NCBI GenBank assembly: GCA_947625115.1
Contig: CANQND010000006.1
Coordinates: 72-64,071, forward strand
DNA length: 64,000 bases
Reading direction: 5' to 3'
From: an uncultured Clostridia bacterium
GTDB lineage: Bacteria; Bacillota; Clostridia; Christensenellales; CAG-314
Translations under genes and position numbers: made by a program
Shown here: in pieces, positions 18,862 to 28,401 of the stretch
How positions within the stretch are numbered: position 1 is the first letter of the stretch
Layout: each line of letters begins with the position of its first letter
The notes under the pieces: generated by a model
Database searches by the model: none
Told to the model about the DNA's origin: nothing
Seen by the model: only the letters and a program-made list of their open reading frames with translations

Positions 18862-19954
18862 TTTTTACCTCCGTTTTTCTTTGAGCCGTTTTTGTTAGCA
18901 AAGGCATTAACAGCGGCAACAGATACTGCACCAAAGTAAAGGGGATAACGCCCCATTTTATCACCGTGTCGAGCAACGTCCGCGTGGAAACGAACATCGG
19001 CAACGACAACGTAAGCAGTACCACTCCTGCGGCTATCCAATTGAATTTTACGAAATGCGCGCCCACAATCTTTTCCACGCATTTGTAGGCGCAGAAAATG
19101 AACACTATCACCTTGACGAACACGCTGATAAGCCAAACGGACAACGTGAGCCAATCCCACCTGCCGTTTGCCGTGCTTGCCGCCGAAAAAACGCCTATTT
19201 TGCTCATTGCCAAATCGAAATCGGGCGCAAGGTACCCGAACAGAGCGACAAATACGCCGTTCAACAAAATACACAACGCCGCGCCCACCCCGAACGATAC
19301 AAGCATCGGGGCAAAAACGTGCTTTTTTATTTTTATGCCGTCCAAAACAAAATACATGAAAATGTAGTCGCTGAACCAAAAACTGCGCGTGTAACTGTTC
19401 AAAAGAATTTTGCCCCAACCCGCTTCGCCTATCGGCAACAACTCGCCGAAATCCACCTCGGCAAGGGGAGAAACGAACAACGCTATCACCGCAAGCACGA
19501 TCAAGCCGAACACGATCTGACTTGCTCGTGCAATGGAATTGAACCCTCGCGACACGGCGAAAAATGCCAACGCCGCAATGGGCAGTACGTAAACCAACCA
19601 ATTTGTCGACACGTCGAAAGTGACGGAAAACATCTTGTAACAGCCCGAAAGCAATATGTTGATACGCAAAACGAATATCACAAAAAACAACGCCATTAAC
19701 GCTTTGGAAACGGGTTTGGACAGACTTTTGTCCAAAATGGCGGCTATATCCAGCTTGGACTTGTCGTTTATCTTTATCGCCCACAGCAAAAAACACAGAC
19801 AAACGCCGTCCCACACAAAGCTGAACAGCACGCTGAGCCAGCTGTCGTGACCCACGTCCCCCGCAAGCAAAGAGGGCAACGTTAAAAATTTGCCGCCCGT
19901 AACAAGCAACAAATACATTAACGCCAATTGATCTATGCTAACCCTGTTTTTCAT
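18854..19954 (-). CDS. GerAB-type spore germination permease
   Basis: About 10 hydrophobic spans. ATG at 19954 forms an ATGA overlap with the gerAA-like stop. GGAGG upstream. Confidence 0.7.
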   Translation of the reverse strand: MKNRVSIDQLALMYLLLVTGGKFLTLPSLLAGDVGHDSWLSVLFSFVWDGVCLCFLLWAIKINDKSKLDIAAILDKSLSKPVSKALMALFFVIFVLRINILLSGCYKMFSVTFDVSTNWLVYVLPIAALAFFAVSRGFNSIARASQIVFGLIVLAVIALFVSPLAEVDFGELLPIGEAGWGKILLNSYTRSFWFSDYIFMYFVLDGIKIKKHVFAPMLVSFGVGAALCILLNGVFVALFGYLAPDFDLAMSKIGVFSAASTANGRWDWLTLSVWLISVFVKVIVFIFCAYKCVEKIVGAHFVKFNWIAAGVVLLTLSLPMFVSTRTLLDTVIKWGVIPFTLVQYLLPLLMPLLTKTAQRKTEVKSE

Positions 19955-21369
19955 CAACCCCTCCTGCTTTTGTTTTCGTTGGGTATGGATTTGGGACGTT
20001 GAGTCATCTGAGGCACGGGTATTTGCGCCAGCGCGTCCTGTCGATCCTCGGGAATATCGGGCGAAAAAGGCGCGAGGAAAGGCGTTTTGAAATCTTGCAT
20101 AGACGCAAGATACACAAGTATTGCCAACGAGGATATGATAACGCCGAGCAGACCCATAACTCCGCCCACAAAAGTAACGGCAAGCCGCAACAACGACAAA
20201 ATCAACGTGTTATCGGGCATTGTGAATAGCCCTATCCCCGAAAGTGCGCCTATCATTACGGCGGGCGCGCCCAACAAGCCCGCCTGCACCGCCGCGTCGC
20301 CCAAAACGATTGCGCCCACCAAGGACAGAGAAATGCCGACAGCCGACGGCATACGCAAATTTGCCTCTCGCAAAATGTCGAAAACTATCAACACAAGCAA
20401 CATTTCCGTAAGAGGACTGAACGGAATGGCTTCGCTGGCGTTGAGGACCGTTATCAAAAAGCGCAACGGAATGATTTGGTAGTTGTACACTTGCAAACAG
20501 ACGTAAAGCGCGGGCAACAACACCGAGGCGATAACGCTCACAAAGCGCAAAAAACGGCTCAACGTCGTCATCGTGGAGTTTTCGTAGTAGTCGCCCGGCG
20601 ACTGCATATCTTCCACAAACAGGTAGGGCAACGTCAACACCATAGGGCTGCCGTCCACGATTATGGCGAGCCGCCCCTCCAACATTTTGCCCACGGCAAT
20701 ATCGGGCTTTTCCGTACTGCCTATTCGGCGAAAAAGAAACGTTTTGTTTCCGTCGAGATAGCGCGCAAGGTAACTGCTATCCAAAACGCCGTCCGTTTTG
20801 ACATTTTGTATTCTCTGCACGGCGTCGTCCACGACGCGCTTGTCGGCAATGCCCTCTATATAGCAAACGGCTATCGCCGTGTTGGTGTACTTGCCGACGG
20901 CGAGATTGATTATTTTGAAATTGGGCGTTTTCAGACGTTTGCGCAACAGCGTTACGTTTACCTTTACGTCCTCGACAAAACCCTCGCGCGGACCGCGCAT
21001 AACCATTGACGTGGGCGGTTCGGCTATGGAACGCCCGATAACGGTACGCGTATCGACGGAAATGCAATTGTCCTCGCCGTCGAAAATGAGGGTGTAGCCG
21101 TTGGTGAAATCCTCCACTGCGGCAAAAAAGTTGGGCGGTTTGCGCACGCCCGTACCCGCGGCGAGTTTCCGCTCGATCTCGTCGAGGCTTTGAGCGTTTT
21201 CCACATAGGCAAGCGGTTGCAGAACAAACGCCGACACCTTTGCGTCGTCGCACATTGTGTCGAGGCACACCGCCTTGAAGTTCGCGCCGCAGTTGAGTTC
21301 TCTCACGCGAAAATCGTCCTGACCGAGCCACAAACGGCTGATTTTGTCAAAAGATATTTTCATAGTCAC
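19954..21369 (-). CDS. GerAA-type spore germination receptor subunit
   Basis: Conserved GPREGFVEDVKVNVTLLRKRL and a C-terminal membrane domain. The start is ambiguous: GTG at 21369 or ATG at 21363. Confidence 0.8.
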   Translation of the reverse strand: MTMKISFDKISRLWLGQDDFRVRELNCGANFKAVCLDTMCDDAKVSAFVLQPLAYVENAQSLDEIERKLAAGTGVRKPPNFFAAVEDFTNGYTLIFDGEDNCISVDTRTVIGRSIAEPPTSMVMRGPREGFVEDVKVNVTLLRKRLKTPNFKIINLAVGKYTNTAIAVCYIEGIADKRVVDDAVQRIQNVKTDGVLDSSYLARYLDGNKTFLFRRIGSTEKPDIAVGKMLEGRLAIIVDGSPMVLTLPYLFVEDMQSPGDYYENSTMTTLSRFLRFVSVIASVLLPALYVCLQVYNYQIIPLRFLITVLNASEAIPFSPLTEMLLVLIVFDILREANLRMPSAVGISLSLVGAIVLGDAAVQAGLLGAPAVMIGALSGIGLFTMPDNTLILSLLRLAVTFVGGVMGLLGVIISSLAILVYLASMQDFKTPFLAPFSPDIPEDRQDALAQIPVPQMTQRPKSIPNENKSRRG

Positions 21370-21578
21370 AATTTTGCTACAAATACTTGCCTAAATATAC
21401 GCGCCCGTAAAAAATCGCCCCGCGCAATGGCGGCAAAAACGGCTTTTGAACGCCGACATAACAAATTTTACTTACAAGTTAAAAAACTTTTTTCAAAACA
21501 AATTTTTACAAAAAGCGTCTAAAAAAACGTGAGTTGCGACGTACATATATACGAACGGCAAAAAAAATGTTCTTAAAT

Positions 21579-21607
21579 CAAAAATCGGCAATCAAACCGA
21601 CTGCCGA
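21579..21607 (-). terminator. Intrinsic terminator of lepB
   Basis: tcggca ... tgccga stem, followed by ttttt on the minus strand. Confidence 0.55.
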
Positions 21608-21646
21608 CTTTGCTATGTTATTTGAAAAAGTGACAAATCTTGCAAA

Positions 21647-22468
21647 TCAAAATACCACGCCGTACATTCTGGAAAGAGGAACGTCGCCGAGGGAACCGCG
21701 ACTGTCCGCCGAATCGGCGCGGTTGTCACCCATAGCAAAGAAACAGCCCTCCGCCACCACATACGGGTTTGCCTGTGTGGCGTTGCGCAGACACCCGAGT
21801 CCCGACGCAGTGGAATCGGAAAGTAAAAATGCGTCCGCGCTCAATTTTTGTCCGTGCTTGACGTAGTAGTCCTCGTGCAACGTGACGCCCTCCGCGGTAA
21901 GTATCGCCAAACGGTACAATCCGTTGCCCTGCGGTTCCAACCACAGTTTGTCGCCGCCCAACGCGACGACTCTCTTTATCAATTTTTCGTATTTTCCGCC
22001 CGAAGCCGCGTCGTCGCCGCGTGCAAACATAGCCTTGAATTTGCTGTCTATATCGTGTTTGAAAAACACTGCCACATCGCCGCGAACGGGTTGGCGAACT
22101 TTGTTGATATTGACCGAATCGCCGTCGAAAAACGTCAAAGCGGCGTTGTAGCTGGGCAAAGACTCGTCGGAATAGTACGCGGCGGTCATTGATTTGCCGC
22201 TGACGACAATTTTTCCGAAAACGAATATCCGCAACACGACCGCGACTATCAACAGAGCTATCAACGCCCACAGCGCGATATCCAGAGCCTTGCTCCACTT
22301 TTTGCGGGAGCCGCTTGCGAGGGGTTGTTCCTTATCTGCCGCGCCGTCCGACTCGGTTTGCCGAACGTCGGGCTGTTCGGTTCCGTCGGATACGGAAAAA
22401 GCCTCCCCCGTTGCGGGGTTAGCCTCGCCCTCGACATTGTTAAGTTGAGTTTCGTCACCGTTTTGCAA
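21647..22468 (-). CDS. lepB: Signal peptidase I (S26) with a long acidic N-terminal extension
   Basis: SGKSMTAAY (catalytic Ser box) and MGDNRADSADSRG (box E). Only a TTG start (22468) is available upstream of the transmembrane segment. Confidence 0.85.
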   Translation of the reverse strand: MQNGDETQLNNVEGEANPATGEAFSVSDGTEQPDVRQTESDGAADKEQPLASGSRKKWSKALDIALWALIALLIVAVVLRIFVFGKIVVSGKSMTAAYYSDESLPSYNAALTFFDGDSVNINKVRQPVRGDVAVFFKHDIDSKFKAMFARGDDAASGGKYEKLIKRVVALGGDKLWLEPQGNGLYRLAILTAEGVTLHEDYYVKHGQKLSADAFLLSDSTASGLGCLRNATQANPYVVAEGCFFAMGDNRADSADSRGSLGDVPLSRMYGVVF

Positions 22469-22634
22469 TTTGTACTACCTTGTGAAATTTTTCGCCCGAA
22501 AGCAAAACCGTCCGACCGCATTTGGCGCAGGTGATTTTGTAGTCCGCTCCCGTGCGCGTTACGGTCCAGACGTTACAGCCGCACGCATGCGGTTTGCGCG
22601 TCGTTACAGTGTCGCCAACATTAAACGCCGTCAT
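22455..22634 (-). CDS. DUF951-family small protein (59 aa; below the ORF-track cutoff)
   Basis: My translation is MTAFNVGDTVTTRKPHACGCNVWTVTRTGADYKITCAKCGRTVLLSGEKFHKVVQIAKR. It matches the DUF951 pattern (GD.V..KKPHPCG...W...R.G.D....C..C.R). ATGA overlap with the upstream gene. Confidence 0.6.
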   Translation of the reverse strand: MTAFNVGDTVTTRKPHACGCNVWTVTRTGADYKITCAKCGRTVLLSGEKFHKVVQIAKR

Positions 22635-24271
22635 ACCAAAAAGATGTTGTTTACCAAAAATTCGTTGTCGGCGTAGATGACGAGCATATCCACCTTTTCG
22701 GAATCGAGCAGCTGTTTGCCGTCCACGTCGCGGTGGAAATTTATCTTGTCAAACGTTACGTGTTCCCACTTGCCGTTGCCCACAAGTTGAGAACTTTGAC
22801 TGTACACGCAGTTTTTGTCGCCGAAATTGGTTATTGCGACGATCTTTATTTGCTGTTTTACGCTACTGCTCACATCGAACACTACCGTGAACGATTGGTT
22901 TATGCGTATACTCTTGTCGTTAATGGCAAAGGTTGCCAAAGCCCTGCCCTTTGCGCCGATAATGTTAAGAAAGCCCTTGTCTAATTGCGGTTCGAGGTCT
23001 ACGTTCCACCATTTACCGTTATCCACCAAGGGAACGAGTGTTTGTTTGCCCGTGCCGCTGAAAATTATGTTAAGTGCCTTGGTAATGTTGTTGGCGACAA
23101 CTTTTTCGGTAAGCAACAGCGTAGACGTGGACACGTCGCCGTCAAAGGTGGCAAACGCCGCGACGTTACACTCTTTTTCGTACAGGTTCAATTTTGCCAC
23201 GTAGCCGTTTTCTCCCTGCGTGAGGGTGGCTTTCGTCCAATACTTGGCGCGAGAATCGGCGTCGGTGCAATACCACAGCGATGTTTTGCCGAGAGGGTGC
23301 GCCGTTTTGACGGATACGCAGAAATCGCCGTCGTCGTTCACAAAAGACTTTATTTCCGACTTGGGCTGCGCTTTGCAACCGTTCAACCACTCCAAAACTC
23401 CGTCCACGTAACGGCGTGGCAAGTAGTCCATACTCGTAGGCAAAATGAGCAAACGACTGTCGGCGTTCAATCTCATCATTGTTTTGCTTGTTTGCACAAT
23501 ATCCGCAAAGGGACTGTTTGCGGAGTTAATGACGTAAACGGGAACTTTGATTTGCTGCGCGTAAGTTTGCGGAGCAAGCCCCAAAGTCCACTGCTGGCGG
23601 CGCGTGTCGTAGGCGATGTGCCGTTCCAACTCGTCCTTGCCTGCGTCCAACACGTTTTCGTCCCTGTCGATAACGGGGTAGTTGCAGTACAAATTTCCGA
23701 AAAGAACCGCTCCGTTGGCAACGCGGTTTTCCACGCCCAAAACGATTATGCCAACGTAGGCTCCTTTGCCCGAGGTAAGTACCGACACCTGCGCCACGCG
23801 TTCTTCTTTCAACAGATACGTAATGGCGCGGCGACAGCACACGGTGTACTCGTAGAGCTTTGTTTCGCGTGCCGTTTCGGATATCTCGAACATTGGCAAG
23901 GAATTTTCGTTGTTGCAGTACAGCATTTCTTCGGGATAGACGGTGTGCAAACCGCTTGCGCATTTACCCGCCAAATCCACCGACATTGCGACAAAGCCGC
24001 GAGAGGCAATGTCTTTCAACACCGATACGTCTATCGGCTGAGAGTAATCTCCCACAACAAGCACCGCGGGCTTGTCCTCCGCGCTTTTTTTGTAACACAT
24101 TGTTCCGAATACGCGCGTCTTTATCCCGTTGGGCATTGTCCTGCCCGTAAAATACATTGTCTTTACTATCAGTCCGCCCTGCTCCGATTGTTTTATCGGG
24201 TCGATGTCCAGATCTTCCGCCGCGGGATCGAACCCTTCCCACAGAGTTTGAGATGTCAATACACTTTCCAT
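22631..24271 (-). CDS. Hypothetical 546-aa protein (possible alpha/beta-fold N-terminal half plus beta-rich C-terminal half)
   Basis: Long ORF with ATG, first gene of a coupled trio with DUF951 and lepB. No catalytic motif recognised (no clear GxSxG). Confidence 0.5.
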   Translation of the reverse strand: MESVLTSQTLWEGFDPAAEDLDIDPIKQSEQGGLIVKTMYFTGRTMPNGIKTRVFGTMCYKKSAEDKPAVLVVGDYSQPIDVSVLKDIASRGFVAMSVDLAGKCASGLHTVYPEEMLYCNNENSLPMFEISETARETKLYEYTVCCRRAITYLLKEERVAQVSVLTSGKGAYVGIIVLGVENRVANGAVLFGNLYCNYPVIDRDENVLDAGKDELERHIAYDTRRQQWTLGLAPQTYAQQIKVPVYVINSANSPFADIVQTSKTMMRLNADSRLLILPTSMDYLPRRYVDGVLEWLNGCKAQPKSEIKSFVNDDGDFCVSVKTAHPLGKTSLWYCTDADSRAKYWTKATLTQGENGYVAKLNLYEKECNVAAFATFDGDVSTSTLLLTEKVVANNITKALNIIFSGTGKQTLVPLVDNGKWWNVDLEPQLDKGFLNIIGAKGRALATFAINDKSIRINQSFTVVFDVSSSVKQQIKIVAITNFGDKNCVYSQSSQLVGNGKWEHVTFDKINFHRDVDGKQLLDSEKVDMLVIYADNEFLVNNIFLV

Positions 24272-24319
24272 ATTTTCACCAAAAATAATTGTAGCACAAA
24301 TAATTATTTTGTCAAATAC

Positions 24320-24790
24320 TTACTTGTGGTAGGGAATATTGTTTTCAATACATTCCGCACGGTACAGTTGTTCGCACAGTACCAAACGAAAAAGTTGGTG
24401 CGGCAACGTTATTTTGCCGAAAGAAACGCGCATATCCGCGCGCTTTTTTACGGAATCGGACAAACCGTTACTGCCGCCTATCACAAAAGTAAACGTTGAG
24501 TAACGCTGTTTTTGCTTGGCTATTATCTCCGCCAAGCGTTCGCTCGAAACCATTTCGCCATCAATATCCATAGCGACGACATATCCCTCCAACTTGCTTT
24601 CGATAGCGCAACCCTCAACGTTTTTGACGCGCTCTATTTCGCCCGAAGTTTGATTTCCTTTGCTAAGACACTCGTCCGTTTCCGCAATTTCAACGGTACA
24701 AAAACGCCCAAGACGCTTGACGTACTCGGCTATCGCTTCGCGCAAGTAGGCTTCTTTTACTTTTCCGACAGCTACGATTTTTATTTTCAT
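24320..24790 (-). CDS. rlmH: 23S rRNA (pseudouridine1915-N3)-methyltransferase
   Basis: MKIKIVAVGKVKEAYLREAIAEYVKRL...GGSNGLS...LSFGKITLPHQL. ATG at 24790 forms an ATGA overlap with the upstream stop. Confidence 0.85.
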   Translation of the reverse strand: MKIKIVAVGKVKEAYLREAIAEYVKRLGRFCTVEIAETDECLSKGNQTSGEIERVKNVEGCAIESKLEGYVVAMDIDGEMVSSERLAEIIAKQKQRYSTFTFVIGGSNGLSDSVKKRADMRVSFGKITLPHQLFRLVLCEQLYRAECIENNIPYHK

Positions 24791-25680
24791 ACAAATAACC
24801 CCGCCACCCAAAGCACAAGACAAGCCGCCGCCGAAACGCACAGCACAAGCAGAGAAATTGTGTTTTTCTCTTCGCGCGCGTCCTTTTCGGTGTTTTTTTG
24901 CCAAACGCTATGAGTAGTTTTGAGATAGCCGAACACACACAAGCCGAACCCGATCAACCCCGCGAACATAAGTCCCAACACCACGCCCGTGTTTGTTTTG
25001 ACGTTCCAAAACTCTTCCGTGCCGAGTACGGTGTAGTTGAGCGCGACGACAAGCGCGTTGTTGAACAAATGCGCCAAAATGCTCGTCCACAAACTGCCGC
25101 TTCTGAACACCAACAACGTCAAAAACGCTCCCAAAACAAATTGGTGAAGCGTTTGCGCGGGATTGGCGTGGAACAACGCGAACAACGCGCCGCTGATAGC
25201 CAACGCGGCGTACCTGTTGGACATACGCTCCGCCGACTGCGCAACCGTTCCGCGAAAGACAAGCTCCTCGCAAAAGGCGGGCAAAATTGTCGCGACGACG
25301 ATCAACCCCGCCACGTCGTTGGGAAGTTCCACCGCGGGACGTTTGAGTCCCATTGCCTCGATAGCTTCCATCAACATCGTGTTGAGGGGCATCATTCCGA
25401 AAATAAGGCAGACTATCGCCAAAAATCCCCACCCCAGATGTGCCAAACGCGGTTTTTTGTTGAGTTTGGCGGCTGTAACGGGATTGGTTTTTGTCAAGGC
25501 GGCGTACACAAACGCCGAGCCGCCCACAAGCAAAGTGTAGATGGCTTGCATTAGCCAAAATTTCCAACCTTGCGTTTCCCCGAAAATCAACGTCAGAACA
25601 ACGCTTGCCACCATCATAACGGCGACGGCAAACCCGAAAGAAAATCCCAAATCCTTTTTTTCGTAGTTCAGTCTAAGCAA
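24787..25680 (-). CDS. CPBP-family intramembrane glutamic endopeptidase (CAAX protease-like)
   Basis: Motifs EELVFRG, FALFH and HLFNN. TTG start preceded by GAGGTG. Confidence 0.8.
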   Translation of the reverse strand: MLRLNYEKKDLGFSFGFAVAVMMVASVVLTLIFGETQGWKFWLMQAIYTLLVGGSAFVYAALTKTNPVTAAKLNKKPRLAHLGWGFLAIVCLIFGMMPLNTMLMEAIEAMGLKRPAVELPNDVAGLIVVATILPAFCEELVFRGTVAQSAERMSNRYAALAISGALFALFHANPAQTLHQFVLGAFLTLLVFRSGSLWTSILAHLFNNALVVALNYTVLGTEEFWNVKTNTGVVLGLMFAGLIGFGLCVFGYLKTTHSVWQKNTEKDAREEKNTISLLVLCVSAAACLVLWVAGLFV

Positions 25681-26447
25681 AGGGACACCTCGTTTTTGTA
25701 TTGATCCGCAACGTATATCACAATGTCGCGACCCTCCACAACGCCGCAGGAAAGACAGGCGTTTACCGCGCTGTTGAAAGCAATCTCCTTTGTGTTATTG
25801 TTCTCGGACAGGTGCGCCAACACAACAGTTTTGACGCAAGAACCTTTTAATTTCTTCAAAACTTCCGCCGTTTGGGCATTGGACAGATGACCGCACGGGG
25901 AAAGTATGCGCCGTTTGAGTCGGTAACTGTACTCGCCGCGTTTGAGCATATCCTCGTCGTGATTGCTTTCCAACATAACGGCTTGACAATCGCGAAGAAA
26001 ATCCGCCAACGCGTCCGTAACGCAACCCGTATCCGTAACGCAGGCAAATTTGCTTGCGCCGCAGGTAAACTTGTAACCGAAACAGCACGTTGCGTCGTGA
26101 GAACACTCAAATGTTTCCACCCCTATATCCCCTATTCTGAAACTGCCGTCAATTGCGCTTACCTGAGAAGAATACACTCGTTGACGAACAACGTCCTCTA
26201 TCGGAGCGGGAGCGTAAACGTGCGTCGGCGTGTGCTTTGTCCACATAGGCAATGCGCCGATGTGATCGGCGTGTTCGTGCGAGATGACAATTGCGTTTAC
26301 GTCCTTGGGCGCAACGCCTCGCTCGGACAAAGCGTTTGTCAAAGCGTGATAAGTGAACCCCGCGTCCAGCAGAATAACGGTTTGCTCGGAGCGTATCAAC
26401 GTGCTGTTGCCCTTGCTCCCGCTGAATAAGGGAAATATTTTCAACAT
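25668..26447 (-). CDS. MBL-fold metallo-hydrolase (YycJ/WalJ-like)
   Basis: ISHEHADHIG metal-binding motif. Lies near rlmH, as in other Firmicutes. Confidence 0.8.
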   Translation of the reverse strand: MLKIFPLFSGSKGNSTLIRSEQTVILLDAGFTYHALTNALSERGVAPKDVNAIVISHEHADHIGALPMWTKHTPTHVYAPAPIEDVVRQRVYSSQVSAIDGSFRIGDIGVETFECSHDATCCFGYKFTCGASKFACVTDTGCVTDALADFLRDCQAVMLESNHDEDMLKRGEYSYRLKRRILSPCGHLSNAQTAEVLKKLKGSCVKTVVLAHLSENNNTKEIAFNSAVNACLSCGVVEGRDIVIYVADQYKNEVSLCLD

Positions 26448-26548
26448 TCGTCAGTAAATTCCTTTTTCTGAAAGTATATGTTTGCGCCTGTTGCGCAACT
26501 CGTAACAAAGACGCAATTCTCATTGAAAATTGCGCCTTGTTGCCCCTG

Positions 26549-28387
26549 TTATTTGTTTTCCTCGTCGTCGGCGGCTTCTTCGCTCGGCTGTTCGGCGGAG
26601 AATTCTTTGCTTTCCGTTTGCCCTTGCGCGACGGGCTGTTCGTCCGAAACGATTTCGCCAACGGTTATCTGCGGAAGTTTGGCGACGTTTTCACCGAGAG
26701 CGGCAAGCAGTTCGACGCGCTCGGTTTGCCAATCTTCGCTGTCCTTGTCGTCGCGGCGGTTGAGCGCGACAATACGCGCTTGTAACTTTGCGGTGAGCTT
26801 GTATCGAGAGGAAATATAAATTCCCAAACCGACGATAACTATCGGTAGCAATATGAACGTCAATTTGATTGCAGTTTGCGCCGCCTCGGGCTGTTGCAAA
26901 GGCATAAGCTGTACCACGTTGTTGCCGACGGTGTACTTCCAATACAGGTTTTCTTGCGTCAATAAACCCGTGCTTTTCTCTGTCAAAGTCTGTATCGGCA
27001 AGCTAAATTGTTCGCTGAACTTGTCCAGCGCAAGGTAGTCCGTTTCAACGTAGCCTGCAAGTCCTATCACTAGCGGGGGAATTGCAAGTCCCACGGCTTG
27101 GGCTGTCGTGTTGAGGAAGTTGTTAAGCCCCGAGAAGTTGCCCTCCGTACGTTCGCCGAAGTACAGTTCGCCCACGTCGCACACATCTCCGAACGCGCTG
27201 TGCGGCACAAACACCGTTCCGCCGATACCGAGTCCCAGCAACAAGCCGAAAGCTATAAGCAGCCAATCGGGTGCGCCGCTCGCCGTAGAAACGCCGCCTT
27301 GCAAGCCCGCAACGTTTTCTTGCGTAGGCAACAACGTAACGCCGCCCACTTTCACGTCGCCCTCTACGGGCAGAAATACCATTAACGCCGCAATTACTAT
27401 CCACACTATCGCGCCCGTTATGTAGGCAAAACGTTTGGATCTCTTTTTGATTATCGTCAGGTAGATGGGCAACGCGATTATCTGCGCGGCGAACATTGCC
27501 GCGGCGGCAACCGTCGCAATGGGGAAGCGGCTCAAATCGCCGTTCATATTTACCGCCAGATAAGTGTTGCGCCTCAAAACAAAGTCGCACAGAGTAAAGA
27601 AGAAACTGCTCATTACCGCCATACCGAAGCTGGCGCACATCTGCATACCCAAGTGTCGGCGGTATGTTGCCATTTTGAGAGGACGGAAGAAAGCGGAAAA
27701 ATCGAATTTCGTCTTTATGGCGGGGGTGACTACTTGTTCGTGGCTGAACAGCGCGGCAACAAGTATCGACACCATAAATATTCCGCCGAAAGTTGCCGCC
27801 ATTATTATGTAGGAATAGGGACCTTTTTCGGGCGAGGCAATCATTCCCGGTACGGCGACGCATATCAGGCTGGACATAATGGAGAACGCCAAACGCACCG
27901 CGTTTGTGCGGTTACGCTCGGTAAAGTCGTCCGTCATTTCGCTTGCGTGAGAGTAGTAGGGTATCAAAACAAAACTTTGCGCGGTGGCGTAAAGCATATA
28001 GACCAACACGACGAGCAAACACTTTGCCCAAACGTCTACGTTTAGCAGGTTCCACGGGAAGAACAGCAGTACAAAGCCGAACAACACGGCGGGTGCGCAC
28101 AACAGCATAAAGAAACGCCGTTTGCCGAATTTACCCGGTTGCTTGGCGTCGGTTATCTTGCCGATAAACGGGTCGATGATACCGTCCCAAACCTTTGTGA
28201 GCAACAAGATCGGCGTCAAATACACCATCGGTATGCCCACGACCAACGTGAGAAACGGCGTAAACAAAAAGTTGATTATGTTAAAACTTCCGCCGCCGAA
28301 AATATCGCCGCAAGCAAACGCCAATTTGTTGCCTAAACTTACTTTACCCGGCGCAAGTTGCTTTTGCGTTTTTACTTTTGCACTCAT
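26549..28387 (-). CDS. GPH/MFS-family cation symporter with an acidic C-terminal tail
   Basis: GNKLAFACGDIFGGGSFNIINFLFTPFL is an N-terminus typical of MelB/GPH carriers, with about 12 transmembrane segments. ATG at 28387 after AGGAGGA (the track start 28405 is a TTG). Confidence 0.75.
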   Translation of the reverse strand: MSAKVKTQKQLAPGKVSLGNKLAFACGDIFGGGSFNIINFLFTPFLTLVVGIPMVYLTPILLLTKVWDGIIDPFIGKITDAKQPGKFGKRRFFMLLCAPAVLFGFVLLFFPWNLLNVDVWAKCLLVVLVYMLYATAQSFVLIPYYSHASEMTDDFTERNRTNAVRLAFSIMSSLICVAVPGMIASPEKGPYSYIIMAATFGGIFMVSILVAALFSHEQVVTPAIKTKFDFSAFFRPLKMATYRRHLGMQMCASFGMAVMSSFFFTLCDFVLRRNTYLAVNMNGDLSRFPIATVAAAAMFAAQIIALPIYLTIIKKRSKRFAYITGAIVWIVIAALMVFLPVEGDVKVGGVTLLPTQENVAGLQGGVSTASGAPDWLLIAFGLLLGLGIGGTVFVPHSAFGDVCDVGELYFGERTEGNFSGLNNFLNTTAQAVGLAIPPLVIGLAGYVETDYLALDKFSEQFSLPIQTLTEKSTGLLTQENLYWKYTVGNNVVQLMPLQQPEAAQTAIKLTFILLPIVIVGLGIYISSRYKLTAKLQARIVALNRRDDKDSEDWQTERVELLAALGENVAKLPQITVGEIVSDEQPVAQGQTESKEFSAEQPSEEAADDEENK

Positions 28388-28401
28388 ACTCTTCCTCCTT
28401 G

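Noticed and set aside
21370-21646. A forespore (sigma-G-type) promoter for the ger operon in the 277-bp upstream gap
   Set aside because: I could only find a loose GTATA...CAAAATT arrangement with a 19-nt spacer. This is too weak to call from sequence alone without transcript mapping.
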